Assembly (NCBI GenBank): GCA_963630275.1
Contig: CAVGMD010000001.1
Span: 3,268 to 67,267, forward strand
Origin: Bacteroidaceae bacterium
GTDB lineage: Bacteria > Bacillota > Clostridia > Lachnospirales > Lachnospiraceae
Length of the DNA: 64,000 bases
Direction: 5' to 3'
The position numbers were made by a program, and so were the translations under genes. The notes under the pieces are model-generated. The model saw only the letters and a list, made by a program, of their open reading frames with translations. It had not been told where the DNA came from and made no database searches. Positions 18,374 to 28,779 of this stretch are shown one piece after another (position 1 is the stretch's first letter; each line of letters opens with the position of its first letter).

Positions 18374-18410
18374 TCTCTTCGTTGCAAGTACTATTCTTAT
18401 TTTCTAAGAA

Positions 18411-19163
18411 TTATTTGTTATAGTTGACAATCTGTCCGAAATCAGCTTTCAGGGAAGCGCCGCCTACCAGACCACCGTCGATGTCTGCCTGTGCAAACAG
18501 TTCGGGAGCGCTGGAAGCAGATACGGATCCGCCGTACTGGATACGGATAGCTGCTGCGGTTGCATCATCGTAGATCTCAGCGATGCACTCACGGATTGCC
18601 TTACATACTTCCTGTGCCTGCTCGGTAGTAGCTACCTTGCCGGTACCGATAGCCCAGATGGGTTCGTATGCGATAACAGCGGTTGCTGCCTGTGCGGCAG
18701 TTACATTCAGGAATGCGATCTTGATCTGCTGACGGATGAAGTCAATGGTAACCCCCTGCTCTCTCTGAGTCAGAGTCTCACCACAGCAGATGATGGGAGT
18801 AATGCCATGCTCGAAAGCCTTGAGAACCTTTTTATTAACGGTCTCGTCGGTCTCTGCAAAGTACTCTCTTCTCTCAGAGTGACCGATGATTACATACTTC
18901 ACACCTGCATCATCTAACATTGCGGGAGAGATCTCGCCGGTGAAAGCACCCTTCTCCTCGAAGTACATATTCTCGGCACCAATCATGATATTGGAACCCT
19001 TTGCTGCCTCCATAGCAGGAATGATGTCGATTGCGGGAACGCACAGAAGTACGTCTGCTTCATCATTTGCTACGAGGGGCTTTAAAGTATTGATCAGTTC
19101 TACTGCCTGGCTGGGAGTCATGTTCATCTTCCAGTTGCCGGCAATGATCTTCTTTCTTGCCAT
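18411..19163 (-). CDS. tpiA: Triosephosphate isomerase
   Basis: It has [15 protein letters not shown] and [11 protein letters not shown] prefer the start at 19163 (MARKK), which has an AGAGGTG RBS. Confidence 0.95.
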   Translation of the reverse strand: MARKKIIAGNWKMNMTPSQAVELINTLKPLVANDEADVLLCVPAIDIIPAMEAAKGSNIMIGAENMYFEEKGAFTGEISPAMLDDAGVKYVIIGHSERREYFAETDETVNKKVLKAFEHGITPIICCGETLTQREQGVTIDFIRQQIKIAFLNVTAAQAATAVIAYEPIWAIGTGKVATTEQAQEVCKAIRECIAEIYDDATAAAIRIQYGGSVSASSAPELFAQADIDGGLVGGASLKADFGQIVNYNK

Positions 19164-19248
19164 AACCATACACCTCTTACTTTATATTTTATCTATGGAA
19201 TAACTTAGAAATACTTAGGCGGCGTACTTTTGACGCCTTAGTATTTCT

Positions 19249-20475
19249 TTATTCCTTGTCGTCTGCTGCTGCAACGCCGGGAAGCTCTTTTCCTTCCAGG
19301 AACTCCAGGGAAGCACCGCCACCGGTAGAAATGTGGCTCATCTTGTCAGCGAAACCAAGCTGGTTAACAGCTGCTGCGGAATCACCGCCACCGATAATGG
19401 TAGTTGCATCGGTCTCAGCCAGAGCCTTTGCTACAGCGATGGTACCTGCTGCCAGGGTAGGATTCTCGAATACGCCCATAGGTCCGTTCCATACAACGGT
19501 CTTAGCGGTCTTAACAGCCTCAGCATACAGAGCTGCGGTCTTAGGTCCGATATCGCATCCCTCTCTGTCTGCGGGCATGTTGGTAACATCATATACCTGA
19601 ACCTCAACAGGAGCATCGATAGGGTTAGGGAAATCAGCGATGGTTACGGAGTCAACGGGAAGTAACAGCTTCTTACCCAGCTTCTCAGCCTTTTCCATCA
19701 TTTCCTTACAGTAGTCGATCTTGGTATCATCTACCAGAGACTTACCGATCTCATAGCCCTGAGCCTTTAAGAAGGTGTAAGCCATACCACCACCGATGAT
19801 CAGAGTATCGCACTTCTCTAACAGGTTGGAGATAACGTTCAGCTTGTCTGCAACCTTAGCACCACCCAGGATAGCTACGAAAGGTCTTACGGGATCTTCT
19901 ACAGCCTTACCTAAGAAGTTGATCTCCTTCTCCATCAGGTAACCTACTACGTTCTCGCCACCCTTAGCGGTGATGAACTTGGTAACGCCTGCTACGGAAG
20001 CATGTGCTCTGTGGGAAGAACCGAAAGCATCACATACGTACAGATCAGCCAGGTCAGCCAGCTCTTTGCTGAACTCCTCACCGTTCTTGGTCTCCTCTGC
20101 GCCACGGAAACGGGTATTCTGAAGCAGAACAACGTCGCCTTCCTTCATGTTCTCAACAGCCTTGGTAGCTGCTTCGCCGGTTACATTGTAGTCAGCTACG
20201 AAAGTAACCTCTTTGCCCAGCTTCTCGGACAGTCTCTTAGCAACGGGCGCCAGAGATTCGCCTTCGTTGGGGCCGTTCTTTACCTTGCCCAGATGAGAGC
20301 AAAGGATTACCTTGCCGCCGTCGTTAATCAGCTTCTTGATGGTAGGCAGAGCTGCAACGATACGGGTATCGTCGGTGATCTCACCGTTCTTCAGGGGAAC
20401 GTTAAAGTCACATCTTACCAGGACTCTCTTTCCCTTTGCGTTAATGTCATCTACAGATTTCTTATTTAATCCCAT
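19249..20475 (-). CDS. pgk: Phosphoglycerate kinase
   Basis: It has [21 protein letters not shown] and [15 protein letters not shown] prefer the ATG at 20475, which has a GGAGG RBS. The track start at 20490 is a TTG lying inside that RBS. Confidence 0.95.
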   Translation of the reverse strand: MGLNKKSVDDINAKGKRVLVRCDFNVPLKNGEITDDTRIVAALPTIKKLINDGGKVILCSHLGKVKNGPNEGESLAPVAKRLSEKLGKEVTFVADYNVTGEAATKAVENMKEGDVVLLQNTRFRGAEETKNGEEFSKELADLADLYVCDAFGSSHRAHASVAGVTKFITAKGGENVVGYLMEKEINFLGKAVEDPVRPFVAILGGAKVADKLNVISNLLEKCDTLIIGGGMAYTFLKAQGYEIGKSLVDDTKIDYCKEMMEKAEKLGKKLLLPVDSVTIADFPNPIDAPVEVQVYDVTNMPADREGCDIGPKTAALYAEAVKTAKTVVWNGPMGVFENPTLAAGTIAVAKALAETDATTIIGGGDSAAAVNQLGFADKMSHISTGGGASLEFLEGKELPGVAAADDKE

Positions 20476-20568
20476 GGTATTAACCTCCAATTATTTTAGT
20501 ATCTAAAAAGGGTCCGGTCCTTGTAAGACCGGACCCTGATAGGTCTTTACTCGCTAGCGTCCAAAGAC

Positions 20569-21582
20569 TTATGCTAACTCGCTGAAGTACTTGATGGTAC
20601 GAACCATCTGAGAGGTGTAGCTGTTCTCGTTGTCATACCAGGATACAACCTGTACCTGAGTATTGCCATCTTCCATAGGAGCAACCATGGTCTGAGTTGC
20701 ATCGAAGATGGAACCGTAGGTGCTTCCTACGATATCGGAAGATACGATCTCATCAGTGTTGTAACCGAAGGACTCGGTAGAAGCAGCCTTCATAGCCTCG
20801 TTGATCTCTTCCTTGGTTACAGCACCCTTAACTACTGCTACCAAGATGGTAGTAGAACCGGTAGGGGTCGGAACACGCTGAGCGGAGCCGATCAGCTTGC
20901 CGTTCAGTTCGGGAATTACCAGGCCGATTGCCTTAGCAGCACCGGTAGAGTTGGGAACGATGTTGCAAGCGCCTGCACGGCTTCTTCTCAGATCGCCCTT
21001 TCTCTGAGGTCCGTCAAGGATCATCTGGTCACCGGTATAAGCATGAACAGTGGTCATGATACCGCTCATGATAGGTCTGCAGTCGTTCAGAGCCTTAGCC
21101 ATAGGTGCTAAGCAGTTGGTGGTGCAGGAAGCTGCGGAGATAACGGTATCTTCGGGTTTCAGGGTCTTGTGATTAACGTTGTATACGATGGTAGGAAGGT
21201 CGTTACCTGCGGGAGCAGAAATAACAACTTTACGAGCACCGGCAGTGATATGTGCGGAAGCCTTCTCCTTAGAGGTGTAGAATCCGGTACACTCCAGAAC
21301 TACATCAACTTTTAACTCACCCCAGGGAAGCTTGCTTGCGTCAGCCTCTTTGTAGATGGTGATGGTCTTGCCGTTAACGGTGATGCTGTCCTCACCAGCC
21401 TCAACGGTGCTTGCATACTTGTAAACACCCTGAGAAGAATCATACTTCAACAGATGTGCCAGCATCTTAGGGCTGGTTAAATCATTGATTGCTACTACTT
21501 CATATCCTTCTGCATCGAACATCTGTCTGAATGCAAGACGACCGATACGGCCGAAACCATTAATTGCTACTCTTACTGCCAT
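20569..21582 (-). CDS. gap: Glyceraldehyde-3-phosphate dehydrogenase (type I)
   Basis: It has INGFGRIGR, the active site SCTTNCLAP, and WYDNE. Confidence 0.95.
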   Translation of the reverse strand: MAVRVAINGFGRIGRLAFRQMFDAEGYEVVAINDLTSPKMLAHLLKYDSSQGVYKYASTVEAGEDSITVNGKTITIYKEADASKLPWGELKVDVVLECTGFYTSKEKASAHITAGARKVVISAPAGNDLPTIVYNVNHKTLKPEDTVISAASCTTNCLAPMAKALNDCRPIMSGIMTTVHAYTGDQMILDGPQRKGDLRRSRAGACNIVPNSTGAAKAIGLVIPELNGKLIGSAQRVPTPTGSTTILVAVVKGAVTKEEINEAMKAASTESFGYNTDEIVSSDIVGSTYGSIFDATQTMVAPMEDGNTQVQVVSWYDNENSYTSQMVRTIKYFSELA

Positions 21583-21661
21583 TTTAGTTTCCTCCTAAAA
21601 TTTTAATTTTATATCTTTTGGCTCTCTGTTAACAGATTGTCAAAATTTTATCAGCAAAAAC

Positions 21662-21690
21662 ATTTTACCTAATTCCGCATTATAATTCAA
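21662..21690 (-). promoter_or_regulatory. Sigma-A promoter candidate for gap-pgk-tpiA
   Basis: On the minus strand: TTGAAT (21690-21685), a 17-nt spacer, then TAAAAT (21667-21662). It would leave a leader of about 75 nt that contains the palindrome at 21625-21636. Confidence 0.45.
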
Positions 21691-21834
21691 GATGTAAATG
21701 AAAAATATTTGTGATTTTGTGGTAAATTTTACAGTTTGTTTAGAAATGCTATGGTTTTTTCCTTATTTTTTGCTATACTGTACCCTGTAAATGACTTACA
21801 AAAAGAATGATAACCAGTAGAAAGGATGAAAAAT

Positions 21835-22656
21835 ATGTCTATCAAAGCAGATTGTCATCTTCACTCTTCTTTCTCCGGTGATTCCCAGGCTCCCATGCCG
21901 GAGATGATCGATAAAGGAATCTCCCTGGGGCTTGAGACCATGTGTTTCACCGAGCATAACGATTTTGATTATCCCAATACGGAAGAAGGTCCCGGCAGCA
22001 TCTTTTTGCTGAACACGGATTCTTATCTGTATGATGTGCTCCGCTGCCGTGCGAAATACGAAGGGAAAATGCGGATCCTCTTCGGCGTGGAAATGGGGTT
22101 ACAGCCCCATTTGGCTGACCGCGACGAGGATTTTACTTCCGCTTATGATTTTGATTTTGTCATCGGTTCCACCCATCTGTGTAAGGGAATGGATCCCTAC
22201 TACCCGGAATTTTTTGAAAAATTTTCTTCCGAGGAAGAAGCCATCCGGGCTTATTTTGCAGAGACCCTGGAGAATCTGAAATGTCATGACGATTATGATA
22301 TTTTGGGACACCTGGACTATATTGTCCGTGTGGCTCCGAATAAGGATAAAAATTATTCCTATGGCAAATATAAGGATGCCATCGATCCGATTTTGGAGCT
22401 GTTGGTCCAGCAGGGAAAAGGTCTGGAGTTAAACACCGGAAGCTTCCGTTACGGTCTCAGACAGCCCCATCCTTGTACCGATGTCCTGCGCCGCTATCAC
22501 GAACTGGGCGGTGAGATCATCACCGTGGGAACCGATGCCCACAAGGTCCAGGATGTAGGTACCTACCTGGATCTGGCTTCCGAGATCCTGCAGCTGTGCG
22601 GTTTCAAGTATTACACCATCTACGAAAGACGCAGCCCGGAATACCATAAGTTATAA
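21835..22656 (+). CDS. Histidinol-phosphatase, HisJ family (PHP domain)
   Basis: It has the PHP motifs DCHLHSSFSGDS, FTEHND and GHLD...R, plus a C-terminal GTDAH. I prefer the second ATG at 21835 on RBS spacing. The track start is 21826. Confidence 0.8.
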   Translation: MSIKADCHLHSSFSGDSQAPMPEMIDKGISLGLETMCFTEHNDFDYPNTEEGPGSIFLLNTDSYLYDVLRCRAKYEGKMRILFGVEMGLQPHLADRDEDFTSAYDFDFVIGSTHLCKGMDPYYPEFFEKFSSEEEAIRAYFAETLENLKCHDDYDILGHLDYIVRVAPNKDKNYSYGKYKDAIDPILELLVQQGKGLELNTGSFRYGLRQPHPCTDVLRRYHELGGEIITVGTDAHKVQDVGTYLDLASEILQLCGFKYYTIYERRSPEYHKL

Positions 22657-22712
22657 AAAAGATGCCCACGAATCCCTCAGTTACTTCCATTCGTGGGCAC
22701 CTTTTATTTTTT
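22653..22712. terminator. Bidirectional intrinsic terminator between convergent genes
   Basis: An 11-bp stem forms between TGCCCACGAAT (22663-22673) and ATTCGTGGGCA (22689-22699). It is flanked by an A-run at 22655-22660 and a T-run at 22702-22712. Confidence 0.8.
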
Positions 22713-23072
22713 TAATTGAATATGTTCTTTCATCAACTCGCGGAACAACGCATCTGCTGTCCAGGAGACATTATGTGGCGTCACAATTGCCTTCAGTGCA
22801 ACAGGCTGTAATCCCGTCGCCTTATATTCCGCCAGAAATGTATCTACCTGTGTGGGAAGCATGCCGGAAAACACCAACATTTCCATTGCGAAATCAGGTC
22901 CCATGTAGACTTTTCCATCCTTATGAAAGCCACTGATTCCCGCCAGTGTCCCGATCTTCTGTCCATAGTCTCTGCGATTCACCACGGTCACATCCGCACC
23001 AATTTTTTGCGCTATCCTGCGAATTGCTTCGGTTTTTTCTGTTTTCACACCAAACAACAATATTCTTGCCAT
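22704..23072 (-). CDS. Hypothetical protein (possibly DUF3783-like)
   Basis: This is a 122-aa ORF. Its ATG overlaps the stop of the upstream DUF523 gene (TAATG). I recognise no catalytic motif. Confidence 0.5.
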   Translation of the reverse strand: MARILLFGVKTEKTEAIRRIAQKIGADVTVVNRRDYGQKIGTLAGISGFHKDGKVYMGPDFAMEMLVFSGMLPTQVDTFLAEYKATGLQPVALKAIVTPHNVSWTADALFRELMKEHIQLKK

Positions 23073-23488
23073 TATATTTCCTCACAGTCCATCACGCGGA
23101 ATCCATTCTCTGAAAGCAGCTTTGCAAATATGCCCTGTCCGGGAATAAGCCTGCCAGTAAAGCTGCCGTCGTAGATCTGCTTTACCCCACAGCTGGGGCT
23201 TCGGGATTGTAAGATTGCCAGATCAATGTCATTCTCTCTGGCGATCCGCAGAGCTTCCTCTGCACCTTTCCGAAACTGCCTGTCCACACTTATGCCTTTA
23301 CAGTTCGTGACCACGCCGTCTGCGATCTCCGACGGATCTCTCGGAATCGAAAGTCCTCCCAACAATTCGGGGCATACCGGAATCACCTCATGCCCTTCCA
23401 CATACTTTGCCACACGCTCACTGTAATTATTTTTTCCGTTGTATTTGCAGTTTTCACCTAACAGGCAAGCACTGACTAATATCTTCAT
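23072..23488 (-). CDS. DUF523 family protein (TudS/YbbK-like, putative Fe-S thiouracil desulfurase family)
   Basis: It has the characteristic N-terminus MKILVSACLLGENCKYNG and later CPE...G..PR and SPSCG Cys motifs. The start at 23488 is chosen from the family N-terminus. The track start is 23500. Confidence 0.7.
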   Translation of the reverse strand: MKILVSACLLGENCKYNGKNNYSERVAKYVEGHEVIPVCPELLGGLSIPRDPSEIADGVVTNCKGISVDRQFRKGAEEALRIARENDIDLAILQSRSPSCGVKQIYDGSFTGRLIPGQGIFAKLLSENGFRVMDCEEI

Positions 23489-23503
23489 GTCCCGACACAT
23501 CCC

Positions 23504-25084
23504 CTACAGTAACGGTGCAATCAGCCGCATGATACACTGCCAGCCTCTCACCGCCATATTTTTCCTGCCGTCGCGGTACTTGTCCGTGACTTCCTCGCCA
23601 TCATGCAGCAGGACATCAAAGTCCGCCTCGATCTCCCGGATGGTATCACAGCCGTGCATCCACACACCGTTTTCAAAATGATGGTAAAGGCTTCGGTAAT
23701 CCATATTGATGGTGCCTACCGTTGCGGTATCCTCATCGCAGAGCATCTGCTTCGCATGTAAAAATCCCGGGGTATATTCATAGATTCGCACACCCTGGCG
23801 TACCAATCCGGAATAGTAGGATCTGGTCACACCGTAGATGATTTTCTTATCCGGAATACCGGGGGTAAATACCCGCACATCCACGCCCCGCTTGGCTGCC
23901 AGTCCCAGTTCTCTCGTCATCTCGTCACTGATGATCAGATAAGGGGTTGCCACATAGAGGCGTTTTTTCGCTGTCTTGATCAAGTTCAGGTAGACATTCT
24001 CTCCCACCGGTTCGCCGTCTAACGGGGAATCCGCATAGGGCTGCACATAGCCGGAAGCCTTCTGTGCATTTCCATCGTCTGTGCCTTCCTGGGACGCCTT
24101 CAGATACTTTTCATAATCCGTATCCGCCTGTCCCATCACATTCCACATTTCTAAGAACATCATGGTAAAGTTCTGTACCGCTCTGCCAGTCAGCTTCACG
24201 CCGGTGTCCTTCCAGTAACCGTAAGGATGTGTAATATTAAAATACTCATCCGCCAGGTTATATCCGCCGGTAAATCCTACTTTTCCGTCGATAATCATGA
24301 TCTTGCGGTGGTCACGGTTATTCATGAAAATATTAAAAAAAGGTCCTACATAATTAAATACCCGGCACTGCACACCGATGGCATTCATGCGGTCGATAAA
24401 ACTTTTGTCCAGGAAACCGATACAGCCCACATCATCATATAAAATGCGGACTTCCACGCCCTCGGCAGCCTTTCTTGCCAGTACATCCTTCAGTCTGGCA
24501 AAGGCTTCCGCTTCCTCTATGGCATGATATTCCAGGAAAATAAAGCGCTTCGCCTTCTCCAGTTCCTGCAGCTGTTCCTCGTATCCCAGATAGGCTTCCG
24601 GGTAGAATTTCACATCTGTTCCATCGTATACCGGATAATTGCCATACTTCCAGATATAATAGCACTGGTTGGCAGCCATGGGATCTTCCTCCTCCAGCCG
24701 CTCTACCACCGTTTCATCCTGTGGATTTAAAGAAACCAGCTGTGCATCCACTTCCTCGAATCTGCGGATAATTTTATGCATAGCCTCTTTATGCCCAAAT
24801 AATCCGTATATACACAGACCGAACACTGGGAACGCCAGGATCACAATAATCCATGGCATCTTGAATGCAGCATTAGTATGTTTTCCGTAGATTCGGAGAG
24901 CCACTGCCAGTGCCAGCAGGCTGGTGAACAGTGAAATCACGGAAGAATACCGGTTCAGCCATATCATCAGAGCCAGGATCCACAGAATCTGCAAAAGTAC
25001 TGCAATTGCCGCGAATACAATTCTTCCTATACTGTTTTTTACATTTCCCTTAACTTCCGAGCGCATCTGTTTTTTCTCACCCAT
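23504..25084 (-). CDS. cls: Cardiolipin synthase
   Basis: 526 aa. It has N-terminal TM helices and two PLD HKD motifs (HRKIMIIDG...GG.N and LHAKQMLCDE...VGT.N.D.RS). Confidence 0.9.
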   Translation of the reverse strand: MGEKKQMRSEVKGNVKNSIGRIVFAAIAVLLQILWILALMIWLNRYSSVISLFTSLLALAVALRIYGKHTNAAFKMPWIIVILAFPVFGLCIYGLFGHKEAMHKIIRRFEEVDAQLVSLNPQDETVVERLEEEDPMAANQCYYIWKYGNYPVYDGTDVKFYPEAYLGYEEQLQELEKAKRFIFLEYHAIEEAEAFARLKDVLARKAAEGVEVRILYDDVGCIGFLDKSFIDRMNAIGVQCRVFNYVGPFFNIFMNNRDHRKIMIIDGKVGFTGGYNLADEYFNITHPYGYWKDTGVKLTGRAVQNFTMMFLEMWNVMGQADTDYEKYLKASQEGTDDGNAQKASGYVQPYADSPLDGEPVGENVYLNLIKTAKKRLYVATPYLIISDEMTRELGLAAKRGVDVRVFTPGIPDKKIIYGVTRSYYSGLVRQGVRIYEYTPGFLHAKQMLCDEDTATVGTINMDYRSLYHHFENGVWMHGCDTIREIEADFDVLLHDGEEVTDKYRDGRKNMAVRGWQCIMRLIAPLL

Positions 25085-25251
25085 AAGTATCCTCTTTTAT
25101 CTTACGTCCTTAATTTTTATATCTGCTTCTCTCATAGAACGCCGCCCGTCTGTAAGCACCCGGGCGGCATTCTAACGGATTGATTTATCGTATAACATTT
25201 TTGCAAAAATCTCAATAGGTCTATGGACTACATCTGTCCGCTTTTGTCTGC

Positions 25252-25791
25252 CTAACCGCAGTTTCTGTCACACAGCACCACCACGGTAGACGGTGTAGTC
25301 TGAGCCGGAATGCTTCTCGTGGAAGAAGCGTAGCTGACTACCAGGTTATGATTGGCGGGACTCGCCTGAAAATACTGGTTATTTGCGGTCCGGACATCCA
25401 CGGTGCCATCTAAATTCAGCTGCAGGGTCTGCTCCTCATTGATCAGGGAATTATTGTAGTAGCTCACATCCACAAAACGATCGTTCCGATCCTCCGCTAC
25501 CACTACTGCCGTATACTGGGGCGGATAGATCAGGGGCATGGGAGCATCGTTGCGATACCAGAAAGTCGCCATCATTCCCACGGACAGTGTAGTGAAATCC
25601 ACCACATACGTATCCGGGTTGATAAAAAAGTTCACAGTGTTGCCATCCGTATCCTCAATGGTGGCAAATAAAAGGCATCCGTCGGCTCTGCGTCCGCCCT
25701 GCCCTGCCGGCACCAGATCCACGATAGTTCCTTTCATGGAGCCGAAGCTGCTCCTTCTCATTGGTCTCTGAAATGAAAAACGATAATCCAT
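25252..25791 (-). CDS. Hypothetical protein
   Basis: The ORF is preceded by a GGAGAG RBS at the internal ATG 25791 (MDYRFSF...). A TGACAA-18-TATAAT promoter-like element lies at 25855-25826. The track start at 25881 would run through the mnmA terminator hairpin. I recognise no family. Confidence 0.45.
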   Translation of the reverse strand: MDYRFSFQRPMRRSSFGSMKGTIVDLVPAGQGGRRADGCLLFATIEDTDGNTVNFFINPDTYVVDFTTLSVGMMATFWYRNDAPMPLIYPPQYTAVVVAEDRNDRFVDVSYYNNSLINEEQTLQLNLDGTVDVRTANNQYFQASPANHNLVVSYASSTRSIPAQTTPSTVVVLCDRNCG

Positions 25792-25865
25792 AGTCTCTCC
25801 TGATAAATGCTCAAAGCTTTCTCTTATTATATGCACGCCGGTGCCGCTGTTGTCACACAGCGTGA

Positions 25866-25901
25866 TAAAACAAGGGACCACTATTATAAAAATAGTGATC
25901 C
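25866..25901 (-). terminator. Intrinsic terminator after mnmA
   Basis: GGACCACTAT (25875-25884) pairs with ATAGTGATCC (25892-25901) with one mismatch. On the minus strand the stem is followed by CCTTGTTTTAT. Confidence 0.5.
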
Positions 25902-25907
25902 TTTTCT

Positions 25908-26987
25908 TTACAAAATAATGGTTCCGCCGCCCAGCACATGCTCGTCCTGATAGAACACCATTGCCTGTCCCGGTGTTGCAGCACGTACCGGTGCGTCAAA
26001 AGTACAGAGCACTCTGCCGTCCGGCTGTTTGGTAAGAATTCCGTACTCGCCCTTATGATTATAGCGGATCTTCGCCAGTGCTCTGACAGGCTCTGTGATA
26101 TCCTCCACCGCCATGTAATTCACATTTTCACATAATACCTTATCGGTAAAAAGTTCCTGATTGGAACCGATCACGACTTCGTTGGTCTCCGGGCGGATCG
26201 CAGTGACAAACACTCTCTCCCCCATGGGAAGTTCCAGTCCTCTGCGCTGTCCCAATGTATAATGGGTGATGCCCTTATGACGACCTAAGATCCTGCCGTC
26301 TTCCGTGACAAACTTGCCCGGTCCCGGCACCTTTTCTCCCGCTTCTCTGTCGATAAAGGAGGCATAATCATTGTCCGGTACAAAGCAGATCTCCTGGCTG
26401 TCCGGCTTATGCGCCACCGGAAGGGACGCTTTCTCTGCCATGGCACGGATCTCATCCTTGGTATATTCTCCCACCGGCATCAGGGTATGCGCCAGCTGAT
26501 TCTGTGTCAGATTATATAAGGCATAGGTCTGATCCTTGGCTGCGGTGACGGAATTGCGGATGGCGAAGCGGCCGTTTGGCAGTTTATCGATCCTTGCATA
26601 ATGTCCCGTGGCAATATAGTCCGCACCAATCTCCAGGCTTCTCTGTAACAGGGATTCCCACTTCACATAACGGTTACAGGCAATACAGGGATTGGGGGTG
26701 TGCCCTCTTAAATACTCTGCCACGAAATAGTCCATAACATGGCACTTGAACTCTTTTTTGAAGTTCATGACATAATAGGGAATCTCCAGTGTCTGTGCCA
26801 CTCTTCTGGCATCATCCACCGCAGACAGACCGCAGCAGCCACCGTTGGCTTCCTTGGCTGCTTCCTCTTCGTCCTGCCAGATCTGCATGGTGACCCCGAT
26901 CACATCATAGCCCTGTTCTTTTAATAACATGGCTGCCACGGAGGAATCCACCCCTCCGGACATGCCCACTACTACTTTTTTCTTCAT
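25908..26987 (-). CDS. mnmA: tRNA-specific 2-thiouridylase MnmA
   Basis: It has the PP-loop VVVGMSGGVDSSVAA, TPNPC..CN, and KDQ(T/S)Y.L. Confidence 0.95.
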   Translation of the reverse strand: MKKKVVVGMSGGVDSSVAAMLLKEQGYDVIGVTMQIWQDEEEAAKEANGGCCGLSAVDDARRVAQTLEIPYYVMNFKKEFKCHVMDYFVAEYLRGHTPNPCIACNRYVKWESLLQRSLEIGADYIATGHYARIDKLPNGRFAIRNSVTAAKDQTYALYNLTQNQLAHTLMPVGEYTKDEIRAMAEKASLPVAHKPDSQEICFVPDNDYASFIDREAGEKVPGPGKFVTEDGRILGRHKGITHYTLGQRRGLELPMGERVFVTAIRPETNEVVIGSNQELFTDKVLCENVNYMAVEDITEPVRALAKIRYNHKGEYGILTKQPDGRVLCTFDAPVRAATPGQAMVFYQDEHVLGGGTIIL

Positions 26988-26992
26988 AGATC

Positions 26993-27430
26993 TTAATAGT
27001 CTTCCTCTTCTTCGCCCTCACTGATATCGTTCTTGGGCTTCTGCAGACCTTCTATGGTGATATGATTCTTCTCTGCATAATCCCACAGAGCTGCATGGAT
27101 GGCTTCTTCTGCCAGCAATGAGCAGTGCACCTTTACGGGAGGCAGTCCGTCTAAAGCCTCCATTACCGCCTTGTTCGTTACCTGCAAAGCTTCCTGAATG
27201 GTCTTGCCCTTGACCAGTTCGGTAGCCATGGAGCTGGTAGCTACGGCAGCACCACAGCCGAAAGTCTTGAATTTAGCTTCTCTGATGATCCCGTTCTCGT
27301 CAATGTCTAAGAACATTCTCATAATATCTCCACACTTTGCGTTACCTACGGTGCCTACGCCGCTGGCATCCTCGATCTCCCCGACATTTCTGGGGTTCTG
27401 AAAGTGATCCATTACTTTTTCACTGTACAT
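26993..27430 (-). CDS. nifU: Fe-S cluster assembly scaffold protein, NifU/IscU-like
   Basis: It has HF.NPRN.G, NAKCGD, FKTFGCGAA and CS.LA. Confidence 0.9.
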   Translation of the reverse strand: MYSEKVMDHFQNPRNVGEIEDASGVGTVGNAKCGDIMRMFLDIDENGIIREAKFKTFGCGAAVATSSMATELVKGKTIQEALQVTNKAVMEALDGLPPVKVHCSLLAEEAIHAALWDYAEKNHITIEGLQKPKNDISEGEEEEDY

Positions 27431-27456
27431 GTATCTGTTATCCTCTTCTTTCTTGC

Positions 27457-28635
27457 TTAGTTGTTCTTCTGACTTTTCAGAAAGTCTTCATATAAAGGAG
27501 ACATATCCCGCAGTCTCTGTACGATTTTCTTCACTTCTTCCGCTACGATATCCATCTCTTCCTTCGTGGACTCCTCAGACAGAGTCAGACGTAAGGATCC
27601 GTGAGCTTCCTCATGCTTTAAGCCGATGGCTAACAGCACATGGGAGGGATCTAAGGATCCGGAAGTACATGCGGAACCGCTGGAAGCGCAGATGCCCTTC
27701 ATATCCAGCATGATCAGCATGGATTCTCCCTCGATGAACAGGAAGGAGAAGTTAATATTATTCGGAAGTCTCTTGGTGCGGTGACCGTTCAGCCAGCAGT
27801 GAGGGATCTCATTCTCCAGACGTCCGATCAGATAGTCACGCAGTTCGATCTCCTTGCGGGTCTTGGTGTCCATAATACGCATGGCACGCTCTACGGCAGC
27901 TCCCAGTCCCACGATGCCGGGAATATTCTCCGTACCGGCTCTGCGGCTTCTCTCCTGCGCTCCGCCATGTACAAAGGAACGGATCTTCACACCTTTACGG
28001 ATGTATAAAAAGCCGATGCCCTTGGGGCCGTTTAACTTATGACCGCTGGCGCTGAGCATATCGATATGCATCTCGTCCACGTTGATGGGAACCTGTGCAT
28101 ACGCCTGTACCGCATCGGTATGGAACAATACACCGTGCTCCTTCGCGATTTCACCGATCTCGGCAATGGGTTCAATGGTGCCGATCTCATTATTGGCAAA
28201 CATCACACTGATCAGAATGGTGTCGGAGCGGATAGCTGCTTTCAGCTCGTCTAAGCTGATCAGACCGTCTCTGTCCACATTCAGATAAGTGATCTCGAAG
28301 CCTCTCTTCTCCAGATACTCACAGGTATGGAGAATGGCATGATGCTCGATTTTCGTGGTAATGATATGTTTTCCCTTGGAAGCATAAGCTTCTGCGGTGG
28401 CTTTTAATGCCCAGTTGTCGGATTCGGAACCGCCGGCGGTAAAATAGATCTCTTCCGGCTTCGCTCCCAGGCTGTCCGCGATGGTCTGGCGGGCATGATC
28501 CATTGCCTTTTTGCTCTCGGCACCCAGACTGTAAATCGTGCTGGCATTGCCGTAATATTCACTGAAATACGGGAGCATCGCATCTACGACCTCCGGTGCG
28601 GTTTTGGTAGTTGCTGCATTATCTAAATATATCAT
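27457..28635 (-). CDS. nifS: Cysteine desulfurase NifS
   Basis: It has IYLDNAATT, the PLP lysine motif SGHKL.GPKG, and the active-site loop SSGSACTSG. Confidence 0.95.
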   Translation of the reverse strand: MIYLDNAATTKTAPEVVDAMLPYFSEYYGNASTIYSLGAESKKAMDHARQTIADSLGAKPEEIYFTAGGSESDNWALKATAEAYASKGKHIITTKIEHHAILHTCEYLEKRGFEITYLNVDRDGLISLDELKAAIRSDTILISVMFANNEIGTIEPIAEIGEIAKEHGVLFHTDAVQAYAQVPINVDEMHIDMLSASGHKLNGPKGIGFLYIRKGVKIRSFVHGGAQERSRRAGTENIPGIVGLGAAVERAMRIMDTKTRKEIELRDYLIGRLENEIPHCWLNGHRTKRLPNNINFSFLFIEGESMLIMLDMKGICASSGSACTSGSLDPSHVLLAIGLKHEEAHGSLRLTLSEESTKEEMDIVAEEVKKIVQRLRDMSPLYEDFLKSQKNN

Positions 28636-28779
28636 ATTGCCTCATTTCTGCATATTCCATGCATTTTCATGCTTATTTCACTGCTATTCATGATAGCATT
28701 CACTTTACGGTTCTGTCAACAACAGAGAACGAATATACTTTTGCAAGATCTTTGATCAAAAAGGGGCCAAAGTACGCCT

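Noticed and set aside
18112-18387. A 91-aa minus-strand ORF, plus a 98-aa plus-strand ORF, in the 280-bp gap between tpiA and the Rpn-family gene.
   Set aside because: Both run through the tpiA terminator hairpin (18341-18373) and the likely Rpn promoter region. Neither has an RBS. The gap is better explained as a terminator plus a promoter.
25141-25170. A GC-rich hairpin, GCCGCCCG...CGGGCGGC, between the hypothetical gene and cls.
   Set aside because: The 8-bp stem is real, but no U-tract follows on either strand. It could be a weak or factor-dependent terminator or an RNA-stability element, which is not enough for a call.
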